Shown in pieces: positions 18,101 to 26,222 of a DNA stretch of 33,674 nt. The position numbers were made by a program, and so were the translations under genes. This stretch comes from a virus (lineage: Duplodnaviria; Caudoviricetes). A model generated the notes under the pieces. The model worked only from the letters and a program-made list of their open reading frames with translations, was not told the DNA's origin and did no database searches. The stretch is from IMG/VR virus record IMGVR_UViG_3300020045_001406, positions 1 to 33,674 of that record, one strand, 5' to 3'. Within the stretch, counting starts at the first letter, position 1. Every line of letters begins with the position of its first letter.

Positions 18101-20684
18101 CAAGGGCTACGCCTCTGTGCTGCGTTCGGCGGCAGACAAGCTGGAGAATGACGCCCAGGCCACGGCGGCGATGCGTGCAGCCATGCCGGACATCAGCCCG
18201 CAGGAAATCAACGACCTGCTGTTCCAGCTTCGCAAGCAGGTGAAGGGCTTGCGCGGCATGACCCGATCGGCGCGCGACGCCCTGGCCGCTGACGAGATGG
18301 CCACCGGTATGCAGTATGACGCCATGCAGGCGGCTGACACGCTGGCAAACAACATCGAAATGGCTGCCGTCATCGAGAAGCGCAATGCCAAGCTGAACAT
18401 GAACGTGCGCCTGAAGGCCACCGCCTACGTAAACCAGTTCCGCGACGCTGGCCTGGACTTCGAGGGCTTCCGTGGCCTGCTGGTCGGTACCGAGCGCAAG
18501 CGGGCAGGGGGCAGGGTATCGGTCGAGTCCGAGCAGAAGAACTTTCGGGGCGAGTGGCTGGGCGGAATGATCGCCGATCTGGAAAAGCAGGGGTTGATGC
18601 GGGCCTTCGCGTCCGGCGAATTTGACCGGGACGCCTACGCTGCGCTCTACAACCTGGCGAAAGACGGCGCCGGCAATGAGAAACTGCCCAAGGAGGCGGT
18701 GGCCATTGCGGAGATCGTCAACAAGTACCAGAGCGACGCGCGCAACACCCGCAACCGGTTCGGCGCGTGGATTCGTGACTTGCAGGGCTACATCGTCCGC
18801 CAGTCGCACGATATGTTCAAAATCCGCAACGCTGGGGAGAAGGCTTACAAGGAGGCAGTGCTTCCCTTGCTAGACCTGAAGCGTTCCATGCGCGACTTCG
18901 ATGGTTCTGCTGACGATTTCCTGACGCGGGTTTACGACGACTTCGCGGCTGGCTCGCACATGAAAACGGCAGCTGGCGAGGATGACCTGCAGGCGTTCGG
19001 CGCTGGCTCCAGCTTGGCGCGCAAGGAGTCTCAGTCCCGCGTGTTGTACTTCAAGGATGGTGACTCGGCCTACCAGTACAACCAGAAGTTCGGGCAGGGC
19101 CGTTTGGCTGAGTCCGTGCTGGGCGGTCTGGATCATGCGGCCAAGTCTGCCGGTCTGCTGAAGCTGCTGGGGACCAACCCGCAGGCCACTGCCGAGCGGC
19201 TGTTCAAGGATTACGCCGAGTCCCTGCGTGGCGATCCAAAGCGCCGGTCCGCGTTCCTGTCGCATCGCAATGAGCTGGACAACCTGCTGGCCACCATCGA
19301 TGGCTCGGCCAACATTCCCGGCAACGCCACGGCGGCAAAAATCAGCTCGTTCTTCCGCGCCTGGCAGTCCATGTCCAAGCTGGGCGGCATGCTGATCTCC
19401 AGCGTGACCGATCTCACAAACTACGCGGCTGAGTTGCGCTTTGGTCAGGACAAGAACCTGCTGTCTGGCACGCTCGAAAGCATCGGCGCCTTGACCCGTG
19501 GACGGGCGGCTGGCGAGAAGCAGGCGATCCTGAACTCTCTCGGCGTGTTCCATGAGTCCACGCTGGGCTCGGTGTTTGCACGCTTTGACTCGCCGGACCT
19601 GCTGGGCGGCAAGACGGCGGCGGCCATGCAGATGTTCTTCAAGCTGTCCGGCATCAACTGGTGGACCGAGACCCTTCGCGACGGCTACGCGCTGTCGCAT
19701 TCGGCCTATGTGTCAAGCCACTCTGGAAAGTCTTTCGACAAGCTGCCGGATGCACTGCGTGATATGTTGGGTTTATACAACGTCGATGCTGGCAAGTGGG
19801 ACGTGCTGCGCCTGGCCAAGACGCAGATGGCGGACGGCCGGGGTTACATCACGCCGGACGGTCTGCGCACTGTTCCGCGTGCGGCACTTGAGAACTACAT
19901 CATCCAGGCGGGCCGCAAGGTGACCGACGCGGCGATCATGAACCTGCAGGACGATCTGTCGTCGGCGCTGCGCACCATGACCATCGACCGGATGCATCAC
20001 GCTGTCATCGAGCCCGGTGCGCGTGCTCGTGCGTTCATGCTGCGGGGCACCCAGCCCGGTACCGTTCCTGGCGAGCTGCTACGGTTTGTCTCGCAGTTCA
20101 AGTCGTTTCCGGTGGCTCTGATCCAGAGCACGCTGGGCCGCGAGGTGTATGGACGTGGCTACGACACATTGGGCGACTATGTGAAGCGCGGCAAGGGCGA
20201 CATGCTGGGTCTGGCCTCGTTCATCGCGTTGTCAATGGCCATGGGTTATGCGGCGATGTCGATCAAGGATTTGCTGCGTGGCAAGAACCCGCGGCCTGTC
20301 GATGATCCGCGCACCTGGGCTGCTGCGATGGTGCAGGGCGGCGGGCTTGGCATCTACGGGGACTTCCTGTTCGGCAAGTTCAACCGCATGGGGGGCTCGC
20401 TGTCTGGTTCGATGGCTGGTCCAGTGGCAAATCTGGCGGACACCGCGGCTGATCTGTGGACGCGGATTCGGACGGGCGACGATGTGGCTGCGACGGCGTT
20501 TAATGCGGCGCTGCAGAACACCCCGTTTGCCAACCTGTTCTACACCCGTGTGGCGCTGGATTACCTGGTGCTGCACCGGATTCAGGAGGCGATGAACCCT
20601 GGGTTTCTGAAGCGGATGGAGCGGCGGGTGGAGCGGGACAACGGGCAGACGTTTTTCATGCCTCCGTCTCAGGTTGCGCGGTAA
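15135..20684 (+). CDS. Large internal virion / polyvalent protein with ddrB-like ParB domain and zincin-like (HExxxH) metallopeptidase module
   Basis: NQFRDRSR...GAP.....G.IVGGNGR...KPVLVR...SN....MSPLEQA..DA (ParB-like, ~15900-16960). LLHEVGVH...EE..AY.V (~17625-17810). C-terminal GE..RFV.QFKSFP and QGGGLGIYGDFL as in podovirus gp16-like proteins. Confidence 0.8.
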   Translation: MQYLGTDDQGTNSFSLQDFEPSFGSKLNASVRESWLESYGPVAKDWWDSRSDDGTKRLSAVEAQDYAKTNGGGVKLNITPKDGQYTAGQWGTIVSRQRELAAVKDVRERTPWDMGSVVRGGAMFGAGIVDPINLATAFVPWTRVIGAARGLQAAVMAESALTRAGARAGLGAIDAGVSTAVMEPAFSYGRGQLGDDYGALDSMANIAFGTAFGGGLHVIGGAGADALKSWRGSPATMVTPNPSMDTAAPLAGAAAGLDTRVKVGDAYEPARWSVVEADTLQATVDKADNQFRDRSRPAYQAEIQSRANALDPAMVLGDSPVMDIGAPTLAADGRIVGGNGRTLFINKAYEIGKGGDYRAALEARLTDLGIDVDAVRGMSKPVLVRQFTREVDVKRAAMLSNEGGATDMSPLEQAKVDAERLGDARLSVSADGDINNADNRVAIRKWVEAQPDNKRNSIMDSDGKLSPEGLRRLNGAMLFKAYGDTPVLARLIEAVDPGSRNLALALGRTAPVVANSRAAIAAGDLHPLDIASDLQQAVEKYNQIRGQGGKVSEYLAQLDAFGDGLTPEATMLLDFMGRNIQSPRRIMDAITGFADRLNEAGNPKQSDMFGAASAPDKTRMLEDAIAAAEARPDSATEVVAGLAPETREAALRASVAQSVDGRDVDVDAVIGLDPDRATHTIEDAKAAADRNFEPDQVSVADADASADVQARVDAAPKWHALKDAEDALADADVLLADTVAAGDQAFKYSREAVDPEKVSTPDTLTESLRQSFGASTERLMQEGRIKLVATPDEIPGGPHPGDVKAATAPDGTVYVVASNVSELEARGILLHEVGVHVGMEKMLGTDVFRSVLRELDDAIGRGEDWAQAARSRVPKETPADLVREEQLAYLVQHAPELPIVQRIMAAVRAWVYRTFEFARETVKEADGKERTRVQLTEADFRAMAVAALHDAARKQDAPDVAFAYSRGETPDPSTTKDELKPYDDAVKRAKGYASVLRSAADKLENDAQATAAMRAAMPDISPQEINDLLFQLRKQVKGLRGMTRSARDALAADEMATGMQYDAMQAADTLANNIEMAAVIEKRNAKLNMNVRLKATAYVNQFRDAGLDFEGFRGLLVGTERKRAGGRVSVESEQKNFRGEWLGGMIADLEKQGLMRAFASGEFDRDAYAALYNLAKDGAGNEKLPKEAVAIAEIVNKYQSDARNTRNRFGAWIRDLQGYIVRQSHDMFKIRNAGEKAYKEAVLPLLDLKRSMRDFDGSADDFLTRVYDDFAAGSHMKTAAGEDDLQAFGAGSSLARKESQSRVLYFKDGDSAYQYNQKFGQGRLAESVLGGLDHAAKSAGLLKLLGTNPQATAERLFKDYAESLRGDPKRRSAFLSHRNELDNLLATIDGSANIPGNATAAKISSFFRAWQSMSKLGGMLISSVTDLTNYAAELRFGQDKNLLSGTLESIGALTRGRAAGEKQAILNSLGVFHESTLGSVFARFDSPDLLGGKTAAAMQMFFKLSGINWWTETLRDGYALSHSAYVSSHSGKSFDKLPDALRDMLGLYNVDAGKWDVLRLAKTQMADGRGYITPDGLRTVPRAALENYIIQAGRKVTDAAIMNLQDDLSSALRTMTIDRMHHAVIEPGARARAFMLRGTQPGTVPGELLRFVSQFKSFPVALIQSTLGREVYGRGYDTLGDYVKRGKGDMLGLASFIALSMAMGYAAMSIKDLLRGKNPRPVDDPRTWAAAMVQGGGLGIYGDFLFGKFNRMGGSLSGSMAGPVANLADTAADLWTRIRTGDDVAATAFNAALQNTPFANLFYTRVALDYLVLHRIQEAMNPGFLKRMERRVERDNGQTFFMPPSQVAR

Positions 20685-20690
20685 ATGGGT

Positions 20691-20854
20691 AGAGTGGCCG
20701 GTGCTGATCTCCGGCATGTTGGTTATTTAAGCTAGTCAGTCGGTTGCGCCGCTAGCAGCTTCAGGGAATCTTTTTTTGAGTGCTTACAGGCTTCACCGAT
20801 CCGCCCGCCAACTTTCCCTATGCACCTAAGCGAAACAGCCTTCGCATCCACTCT
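20691..20854 (-). ncRNA. C4-like antisense RNA (tRNA-like cloverleaf) with enlarged central domain
   Basis: Minus strand reads AGAGTGG AT GCGAA-GGCTGT-TTCGC ... GCCGG-AGATCAGCA-CCGGC CACTCT. The ends pair, and both terminal hairpins resemble the C4 family as I recall it. Confidence 0.75.
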
Positions 20855-20860
20855 GGCGCA

Positions 20861-20869
20861 ATTACAGCA
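20861..20869 (-). promoter_or_regulatory. Extended -10 promoter for the C4-like RNA
   Basis: Minus-strand TGC-TGTAAT lies 6 nt upstream of the first base of the closing stem. Confidence 0.4.
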
Positions 20870-20905
20870 ACACAAAATTCCTCAAGCGGGGAGGCGTGTT
20901 AAACG

Positions 20906-20934
20906 TGGTGTGAAAACCACATCACTGATAGAAT
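20906..20934 (+). promoter_or_regulatory. Operator copy plus extended -10 promoter upstream of tailspike
   Basis: TGGTGTG-AAAAC-CACATCA (20906-20924) followed by TGA-TAGAAT (20926-20934). Confidence 0.6.
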
Positions 20935-20961
20935 GCCTCAATTCATTTTTGAGGTGCTGCC

Positions 20962-23307
20962 GTGACCGTTCAAACCGAAATCTCGCGCTCTGGTCCATAC
21001 GCCGGAGCAGGCACCACGGGGCCGTTCACTGTTGGTTTTCGGTTTCTGGCGAGCTCTCATCTGCAAGTGATCCGCACATCGGCGGACGGCCTGGACGTCA
21101 CTCTGGCGCTCACGACCGACTACAGTGTCAGCGGGGCAGGGGGCTCCAGTGGCTCGGTCACTCTTGTGGTAGCCTTGGCATCTGGCGAGCGGCTCACCAT
21201 CGTGCGCGACGTGCCGTTCACCCAGCTTGCGGACTACGTTGAAAACGACGCGTTCCCGGCCGAGTCACATGAGAACGCTCTCGACCTTCTCACCATGCAA
21301 ACGCAACAGCTGGACGAAATCTCTGCGCGATCACTGACGCTGCCTGCCACCGTGGCGGGGGTGTCCACCGAGTTGCCATCACCAGAAGCCGGCAAGGTCA
21401 TCGGCTGGAATGCGACCGGGACGGAGCTGCAAAACCTCGACGCAAGCACGCTGGCATCGATCGTGGCCTACGGTACGGCTGTCAGCAATCTATTCAGCGG
21501 AGACGGGGTGCAGACGAGTTTTGTGCTGTCTGAAAATCCGGGGTCATTGAACAATCTCGATATTTCTGTCGGCGGCGTGGCCCAGCGGCCTGGTATTGAT
21601 TACTTCTGGACGGCGGGGACGACTCTGACGTTTTCCGTAGCCCCCGTCGCGGGGGTGAGCAACGTGCTTGCTCGCTACATGCAGGCTCTGGCGTTTGGCA
21701 GCAGCGTGGCGTCGGATGTGTTTTATATCGGCCCGAACTCTGAATCTACAAACGTGCAGGAGATTGCGGGACCAGATGGGGCATCGCTGGTTGGGTATAC
21801 GCCTGCGGGGACTGGTGCTGTTCAAACGGATGTTCAGTCTCAGTTGAGAAAAAGAATCTATGTTTCTCAGTTCTTGCCTATTGGATTCAACACCCAAACA
21901 ACCGACTGTACCCAATACATACAAAAAGCAGTTAACTTTGCAGTAGCAGGTGTTGCGGATTGGTGGGGCTTAACCCCTTACGCAGTACCACGAGTTATCG
22001 AATTTGATACGCAATTTTATAAGGTGCTTGGCACCGTTTATGTTCCGTCCGGGGTAGTCATTGACCTGAAAAAATCAACCTTGATTGGGTCTGGTTTTTC
22101 CATCACTGATAACGTTATGTTTGAAACCGGATATGCCAGCGCCGGGGTAGTAATTTCAAACATTGCCAGTGCTAATGATGTAGACCGGGTCACAGACACC
22201 CAAATCATCAACGGAAGAATTACTAACTGCTACAAAGCATTTAATCTGAAAAACTTCAATGAAAACTGTTCGTTGAAGAATATCGTTTTCAGCAATTGCC
22301 GCATTAGCTTTAAGTCGTATCGCGGGTTTTATTCCACTTACGAAAACCTGTTTTCGCGCTCTGATGATGCAGCGCTGTTCAAAGTTGCGACCGAAGCCAG
22401 CTATTGGTTTCTATCCTCCATCAATGCTATTGGTATGTACAACGTACACGCCAGCGGACGGGTTTATGGCTTCTTGATAGACGGCTATCCGGGGGAGGGG
22501 ACACGAGCAACGGTAATGGATAAATGCGGTGCCGAAGAGTGCATTACAGGAGTTTACTTCTCCAATGCTGTGCAGCCCATGGCGATCATCAACAGCTATT
22601 TCGAATACTGCTCAACCTGCGCTATTGATATGCAGTACGCAAGCATCGGTAACATAAAAATATCTGGCAATTGGTTTGGTTCATGTGGGATTGGGGTTCG
22701 AGGAGACACCATTTCTGATGGGGAAATTGATAGCACAAATGCCTTTGTATCGTGTACTCAAAACGTGGTGATTCCATCAAATACCGCTGCTCGGTGTGTC
22801 GTTGAAATCACTCCGACTTATACCGCATCAAACGCCGCGAGCACACGCCCTGTCCTCGACCCAAAATATGTAATTGGGACTGGGGTTGAGGTAAAAAACA
22901 CACAATTGATTTATTCCGTTGGGACGGGTACTCCGCAAGTCAGGCAAAACTACACTGGCGGATTGATTGATCTTCCGTATTCAGGCAAGGGCGGAAGCAT
23001 TGCTGGGCTAGTACCTTTTTGTGACATTACTTACTCGGGTGGGACAGTCAATTACAGCGCATACATAGACACAAAAATCGTGTATGACGATTACAATTTT
23101 CTGATCTTTAAATTCAACACAGTTGATTCAAATTTTAATGATATTTTCCAAGGGAGAATTTACGGCACCGATGTCGTTTATGACAGACAAGATCATGGGA
23201 AAACAGTTGTCGTTTCTAATGTCGGCGGGTTTGTACGCCTGACGCTTGGATTATTGAATGGAGCCGGTGGAACTGCAACAATTACTGGAGTGCTCCGGCA
23301 TATGTGA
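20962..23307 (+). CDS. Tail fibre/tailspike: T7 gp17-like N-terminal anchor plus pectate-lyase-like beta-helix
   Basis: Y.G.G.T..F...FRFL...L.V...L.L.TDY.V.G...G.VTL, RD.P.TQ..DY.END.FPAESHE.ALD. D.T..IQKAVN and Asn/Ile/Cys-ladder repeats downstream. GTG start with GAGGT SD. Confidence 0.88.
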   Translation: MTVQTEISRSGPYAGAGTTGPFTVGFRFLASSHLQVIRTSADGLDVTLALTTDYSVSGAGGSSGSVTLVVALASGERLTIVRDVPFTQLADYVENDAFPAESHENALDLLTMQTQQLDEISARSLTLPATVAGVSTELPSPEAGKVIGWNATGTELQNLDASTLASIVAYGTAVSNLFSGDGVQTSFVLSENPGSLNNLDISVGGVAQRPGIDYFWTAGTTLTFSVAPVAGVSNVLARYMQALAFGSSVASDVFYIGPNSESTNVQEIAGPDGASLVGYTPAGTGAVQTDVQSQLRKRIYVSQFLPIGFNTQTTDCTQYIQKAVNFAVAGVADWWGLTPYAVPRVIEFDTQFYKVLGTVYVPSGVVIDLKKSTLIGSGFSITDNVMFETGYASAGVVISNIASANDVDRVTDTQIINGRITNCYKAFNLKNFNENCSLKNIVFSNCRISFKSYRGFYSTYENLFSRSDDAALFKVATEASYWFLSSINAIGMYNVHASGRVYGFLIDGYPGEGTRATVMDKCGAEECITGVYFSNAVQPMAIINSYFEYCSTCAIDMQYASIGNIKISGNWFGSCGIGVRGDTISDGEIDSTNAFVSCTQNVVIPSNTAARCVVEITPTYTASNAASTRPVLDPKYVIGTGVEVKNTQLIYSVGTGTPQVRQNYTGGLIDLPYSGKGGSIAGLVPFCDITYSGGTVNYSAYIDTKIVYDDYNFLIFKFNTVDSNFNDIFQGRIYGTDVVYDRQDHGKTVVVSNVGGFVRLTLGLLNGAGGTATITGVLRHM

Positions 23308-23310
23308 TCC

Positions 23311-23586
23311 ATGAAAATACCAACATTACATCTTGACAAGCAAGCCCACGCCCTCGGTGGCGCCGTCATCGTTCAGTCAATGATCCTCGCAAGCCAATCC
23401 ATGACGCAAGCCTTGATCGCCTGCGTATTGCTGGCGTTAGCAAAGGAGATTTACGATGCCTACCACCCGGCGACCCACACCAAAGACGCGTGGGACTTTT
23501 TGGCGACCTGTGCAGGCGGTGGCGTTGCGGCCGTGTTTGTTCTGGTAGTTTCTTCTGACTTATTGACAACAATATCAAAATTCTAA
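23311..23586 (+). CDS. Small membrane protein (VanZ/YfiM-like DK..H motif)
   Basis: DKQAHALGG...KEIYD....D.WDFLAT..GG; hydrophobic segments. Confidence 0.65.
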   Translation: MKIPTLHLDKQAHALGGAVIVQSMILASQSMTQALIACVLLALAKEIYDAYHPATHTKDAWDFLATCAGGGVAAVFVLVVSSDLLTTISKF

Positions 23587-23595
23587 GGACCCTAA

Positions 23596-23817
23596 GTGAG
23601 TGATGACCCCATTGACCGCCGAGACTACGGCCACCTTGAAGCCCGTGTTGAGCAGCTCACCAGCGATGTGCATTCGCTCAAGATTACGGTCGAGTCGATG
23701 CGCGACATGATGCAGCAAGCCCAGGGCGGATGGCGAGCCATTGCGCTGGTGTCCGGCATCGCGGGGACCGTCGGTGCGGCTATCGCGTGGGCCATCAGCC
23801 ACGTCAAACTGGCATAG
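23596..23817 (+). CDS. Coiled-coil plus C-terminal TM protein (holin/antiholin-like)
   Basis: G.LEA.V..L...V..L...V followed by GGW and one TM helix; precedes the endolysin. Confidence 0.65.
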   Translation: MSDDPIDRRDYGHLEARVEQLTSDVHSLKITVESMRDMMQQAQGGWRAIALVSGIAGTVGAAIAWAISHVKLA

Positions 23818-23825
23818 GACACACC

Positions 23826-24293
23826 ATGACATTCGACGAAGCATTCAACGTACTGATCGGCCACGAGGGTGGCTATGTCAACGATCCACGCGACCCTGGC
23901 GGCGAGACGAAATTCGGCATCTCGAAGCGGGCCTATCCTGATGTGGATATCGCATCATTGACGCTGGAGCAGGCCAAGGCGATCTATCTGCGCGACTATT
24001 GGGGCAGGGCGCAGTGCGACCAGCTTCCTCCTGTCGTGGCGTTCCAGGTGTTCGACTGCGCGGTGAACTCCGGTATCGGCCAGAGCATCCGCTTCCTCCA
24101 GCGCGCGGTTGGCGTGGCTGACGATGGAAGGGTAGGGCCGCTCACTGTGCGCGCCGTGCAGCGCATGGACGCCGAGGCGGTGGTGTCGCGCTTCAATGGA
24201 CAGCGCCTGGACTTCCTGACCCGACTCTCGACCTGGGACGTGTACGGCAAGGGCTGGGCACGCCGCGTCGCCAAGAACCTGATGGAGATTTGA
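23826..24293 (+). CDS. Endolysin, glycoside hydrolase family 108 with peptidoglycan-binding domain
   Basis: Start ATG 23826 (AGGA SD). HEGGYVNDPRDPGGETKFGISKRAYP, FD.AVNSG, LQRAVGVADDG.VGP.T, GKGWARR. Confidence 0.93.
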   Translation: MTFDEAFNVLIGHEGGYVNDPRDPGGETKFGISKRAYPDVDIASLTLEQAKAIYLRDYWGRAQCDQLPPVVAFQVFDCAVNSGIGQSIRFLQRAVGVADDGRVGPLTVRAVQRMDAEAVVSRFNGQRLDFLTRLSTWDVYGKGWARRVAKNLMEI

Positions 24294-24294
24294 C

Positions 24295-24681
24295 ATGGAT
24301 ATTACTGGCATCGGATCGGTGGCTGACCTCGCCAACACGGTGATTGGCAAAATCTGGCCGGACAAAACAGAGCAGGAAAAGCAGCAGCTCGCGGCCGCCG
24401 TGATGGTGGTGCAGGGTCAGATCGACATCAACAAGACAGAGGCCGCAAGCCCGAGCGTGTTCGTGTCCGGCTGGCGCCCTGCGATCGGCTGGGTCTGCGG
24501 TGCTGCCTGCGCGTGGAACTGGGTCGGGCTTCCCGTCGCCAAGGCCGCGCTGCTGGTGGCCGGCGTCACGTTACAGATCGCGCCAGCAGACATCGGCGAA
24601 ATGATGCCGATCCTGCTTGGCATGCTGGGCCTCGGCGGCCTTCGCACAGTGGAAAAACTCAACGGGGCTGCGGCCCGATAA
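24295..24681 (+). CDS. Holin (GTA 3TM-holin family)
   Basis: Q..IN..EA.S.S.FVSGWRP.IGWVC and L.GMLGLGGLRT.EK signature. Confidence 0.85.
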   Translation: MDITGIGSVADLANTVIGKIWPDKTEQEKQQLAAAVMVVQGQIDINKTEAASPSVFVSGWRPAIGWVCGAACAWNWVGLPVAKAALLVAGVTLQIAPADIGEMMPILLGMLGLGGLRTVEKLNGAAAR

Positions 24682-24692
24682 CAGGGAGGCGT

Positions 24693-25403
24693 ATGACGCA
24701 AAAAGTACCAGCATCGATGACGGATGAGGGCCTGACGGCGGCAGGGGTGACGGCGCAGATTGCGGCGGCGGTGGCGGCCGAACCATCGCCATTCACGGCG
24801 ATGACGGTACTGACGGCATCCGGGAACTTCACCGTTCCGGCCGGCATCACACGATTGAAGGTCACGGCGGTCGGCGCTGGCGGGGGCTCTGGCGGCGAGT
24901 CCGGTGGATCTGCAAACTCAAGCGGACCAGGTGGCGGCGGTGGCGCCGCTGCAGTCAAGTATCTTGCTGTCACGCCGGGGCAGGTGATCGCCTACACGAT
25001 TGGCGCTGGCGGCATTGCAGGCACCACGGGCGGCGCGGCTGGTGGCGACGGCGGCAGTACTGTTTTCGACACCACGATCATCGGTGGCGGCGGAAAAGGT
25101 TCTTCCGGAGGCTGGTGGAGCGCGTCCAGCCTGACGGGTGGCGGTGCTGGTGGAACGGCGACAGGCGGCGACGTGAACCTGTCCGGCTGTCCTGGCGGCT
25201 GCGGGGGAGCCTATGTTCCGGCCAATGGCGGAGGGACTCCCGTTGGCGGAGGAACGGCTGCAAATACATTTGCGACAACGCGAGCGGGAGTCGCGGGGGC
25301 GGCTAACTCAGGAGCCGGCGCGGCAGGCTGGTTCCTATCTGGGGGAACGGGAAGCCTGGCCGGCGCGGCTGGCGGTTCAGGGTTTATCGTCGTCGAATAT
25401 TGA
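24693..25403 (+). CDS. Glycine-rich fibre-like protein
   Basis: Start ATG 24693 (GGGAGG SD). SG.FTVPAG.T.LKVT.VGAGGG.G, VTPG....TIGAGG, and terminal GGSG..VVEY. Confidence 0.8.
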   Translation: MTQKVPASMTDEGLTAAGVTAQIAAAVAAEPSPFTAMTVLTASGNFTVPAGITRLKVTAVGAGGGSGGESGGSANSSGPGGGGGAAAVKYLAVTPGQVIAYTIGAGGIAGTTGGAAGGDGGSTVFDTTIIGGGGKGSSGGWWSASSLTGGGAGGTATGGDVNLSGCPGGCGGAYVPANGGGTPVGGGTAANTFATTRAGVAGAANSGAGAAGWFLSGGTGSLAGAAGGSGFIVVEY

Positions 25404-25512
25404 GCAGGCTCAGGCGGGTCGCTACCCACTACATCTGGTAGGGGGTTTTCTAACGGCGGCTTCCGTGCAGGCGGCTGATATCGTTGGGCGATTCAGGCTG
25501 GCGGGGGCTCCG

Positions 25513-25564
25513 TTCGCATAAGCAACAGACTGTCACCCGATAAGCATAGGCCTAGATGTTGTGT
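25513..25564 (+). repeat. Direct repeat copy 1 (dif/Xer-like core plus NrdR-box-like motif)
   Basis: TTCGCATAAGCAACA-N24-CTAGATGTTGTGT; 37/52 ungapped identity with copy 2 (hand count). Confidence 0.75.
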
Positions 25565-25665
25565 TCCCTCCCCTGCTAAAAACCGGCTGTTACGGGTTTG
25601 AATAGTAAGTCACCGGAAGAACAGGGAAGGGGTTTCACTAGGGCTAGACTACGTTGTTTCTGCAC

Positions 25666-25683
25666 TGGAACCAGGTGGTTCCA
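25666..25683 (-). terminator. Stem-loop just downstream of the Tad2-like gene
   Basis: TGGAACC-AGGT-GGTTCCA inverted repeat; no clear U tract. Confidence 0.35.
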
Positions 25684-25691
25684 TGCTGGAT

Positions 25692-26117
25692 TTAGTCCAT
25701 GATCGACCAGTCCTCTGCCATCACATCACCGATGCTAGGCACCCATGTCGAGATAGACCCGTCAACATTTTTGATGTCGATGTGAGGCCGGTAGTTGATC
25801 TCGGTGCCTTCGGGGAAAATGCCAAGGAGTGGGGCGCGGCTGACGTTGAACGTGCTGCCATTGACCAGGAACACAAACATGCCTTTGCCATTCCATCCGG
25901 CGCGGGCGAGCTTGTAGCCTTTCTTCAAGGCCTCTACAGCCAAGCCAAACGTAAGCCCGGACGCCTCACGGTAGGCCTCCTCAAATGTGTCTTTGGGCGA
26001 CCAGCTTTCATACCCATCCGCATAGACCACCTTGTAACCCTCGGTCTGGCTTGGTGACTCGTCTGGGCGGTCTTCTGGTTCTGCGTGAATGACCTTGGTT
26101 CCGATGTATCGCTTCAT
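25692..26117 (-). CDS. tad2: DUF2829 / Thoeris anti-defence 2 (Tad2)-like sponge protein with extra N-terminal domain
   Basis: Start ATG 26117 (GGAG SD). LTFGLAVEALKKG.K.AR.GWNGKGMFVFLV...PHIDIK..DG.I..WVPS..D.MAEDW is the DUF2829 pattern. N-domain KRYIGTK.I.AEP...GYKVVY.DGYESWSPK..FE.AY. Confidence 0.82.
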   Translation of the reverse strand: MKRYIGTKVIHAEPEDRPDESPSQTEGYKVVYADGYESWSPKDTFEEAYREASGLTFGLAVEALKKGYKLARAGWNGKGMFVFLVNGSTFNVSRAPLLGIFPEGTEINYRPHIDIKNVDGSISTWVPSIGDVMAEDWSIMD

Positions 26118-26222
26118 GAAAAACTCCAATCAAAAATTCCCCGCTTTTGGAGGGGGAGGTTCCATAATCTGTCTCAAAACGTCCTTGCAACCTATTGCCG
26201 AATCATGCTAATTTACAGGTGA

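Noticed and set aside
1949-20717. Many long minus-strand and alternate-frame ORFs over the structural genes (e.g. 1949-3067, 12514-13506, 17823-18809)
   Set aside because: Shadow ORFs expected in GC-rich coding DNA; the plus-strand genes tile the region with coupled starts and recognisable motifs.
20691-20854. Canonical tRNA gene
   Set aside because: Lacks the TTC T-loop, a normal anticodon arm and the D-loop GG pattern; too long. Fits a C4-like RNA better.
20820-21242. 140-aa plus-strand ORF in the track
   Set aside because: Overlaps the ncRNA, the promoter/operator and the tailspike start in another frame; no recognisable motifs.
20962-25403. Diversity-generating retroelement, expected because the head genes are BPP-1-like
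   Set aside because: No reverse transcriptase ORF, and I found no template/variable repeat pair differing at adenines near either fibre gene.
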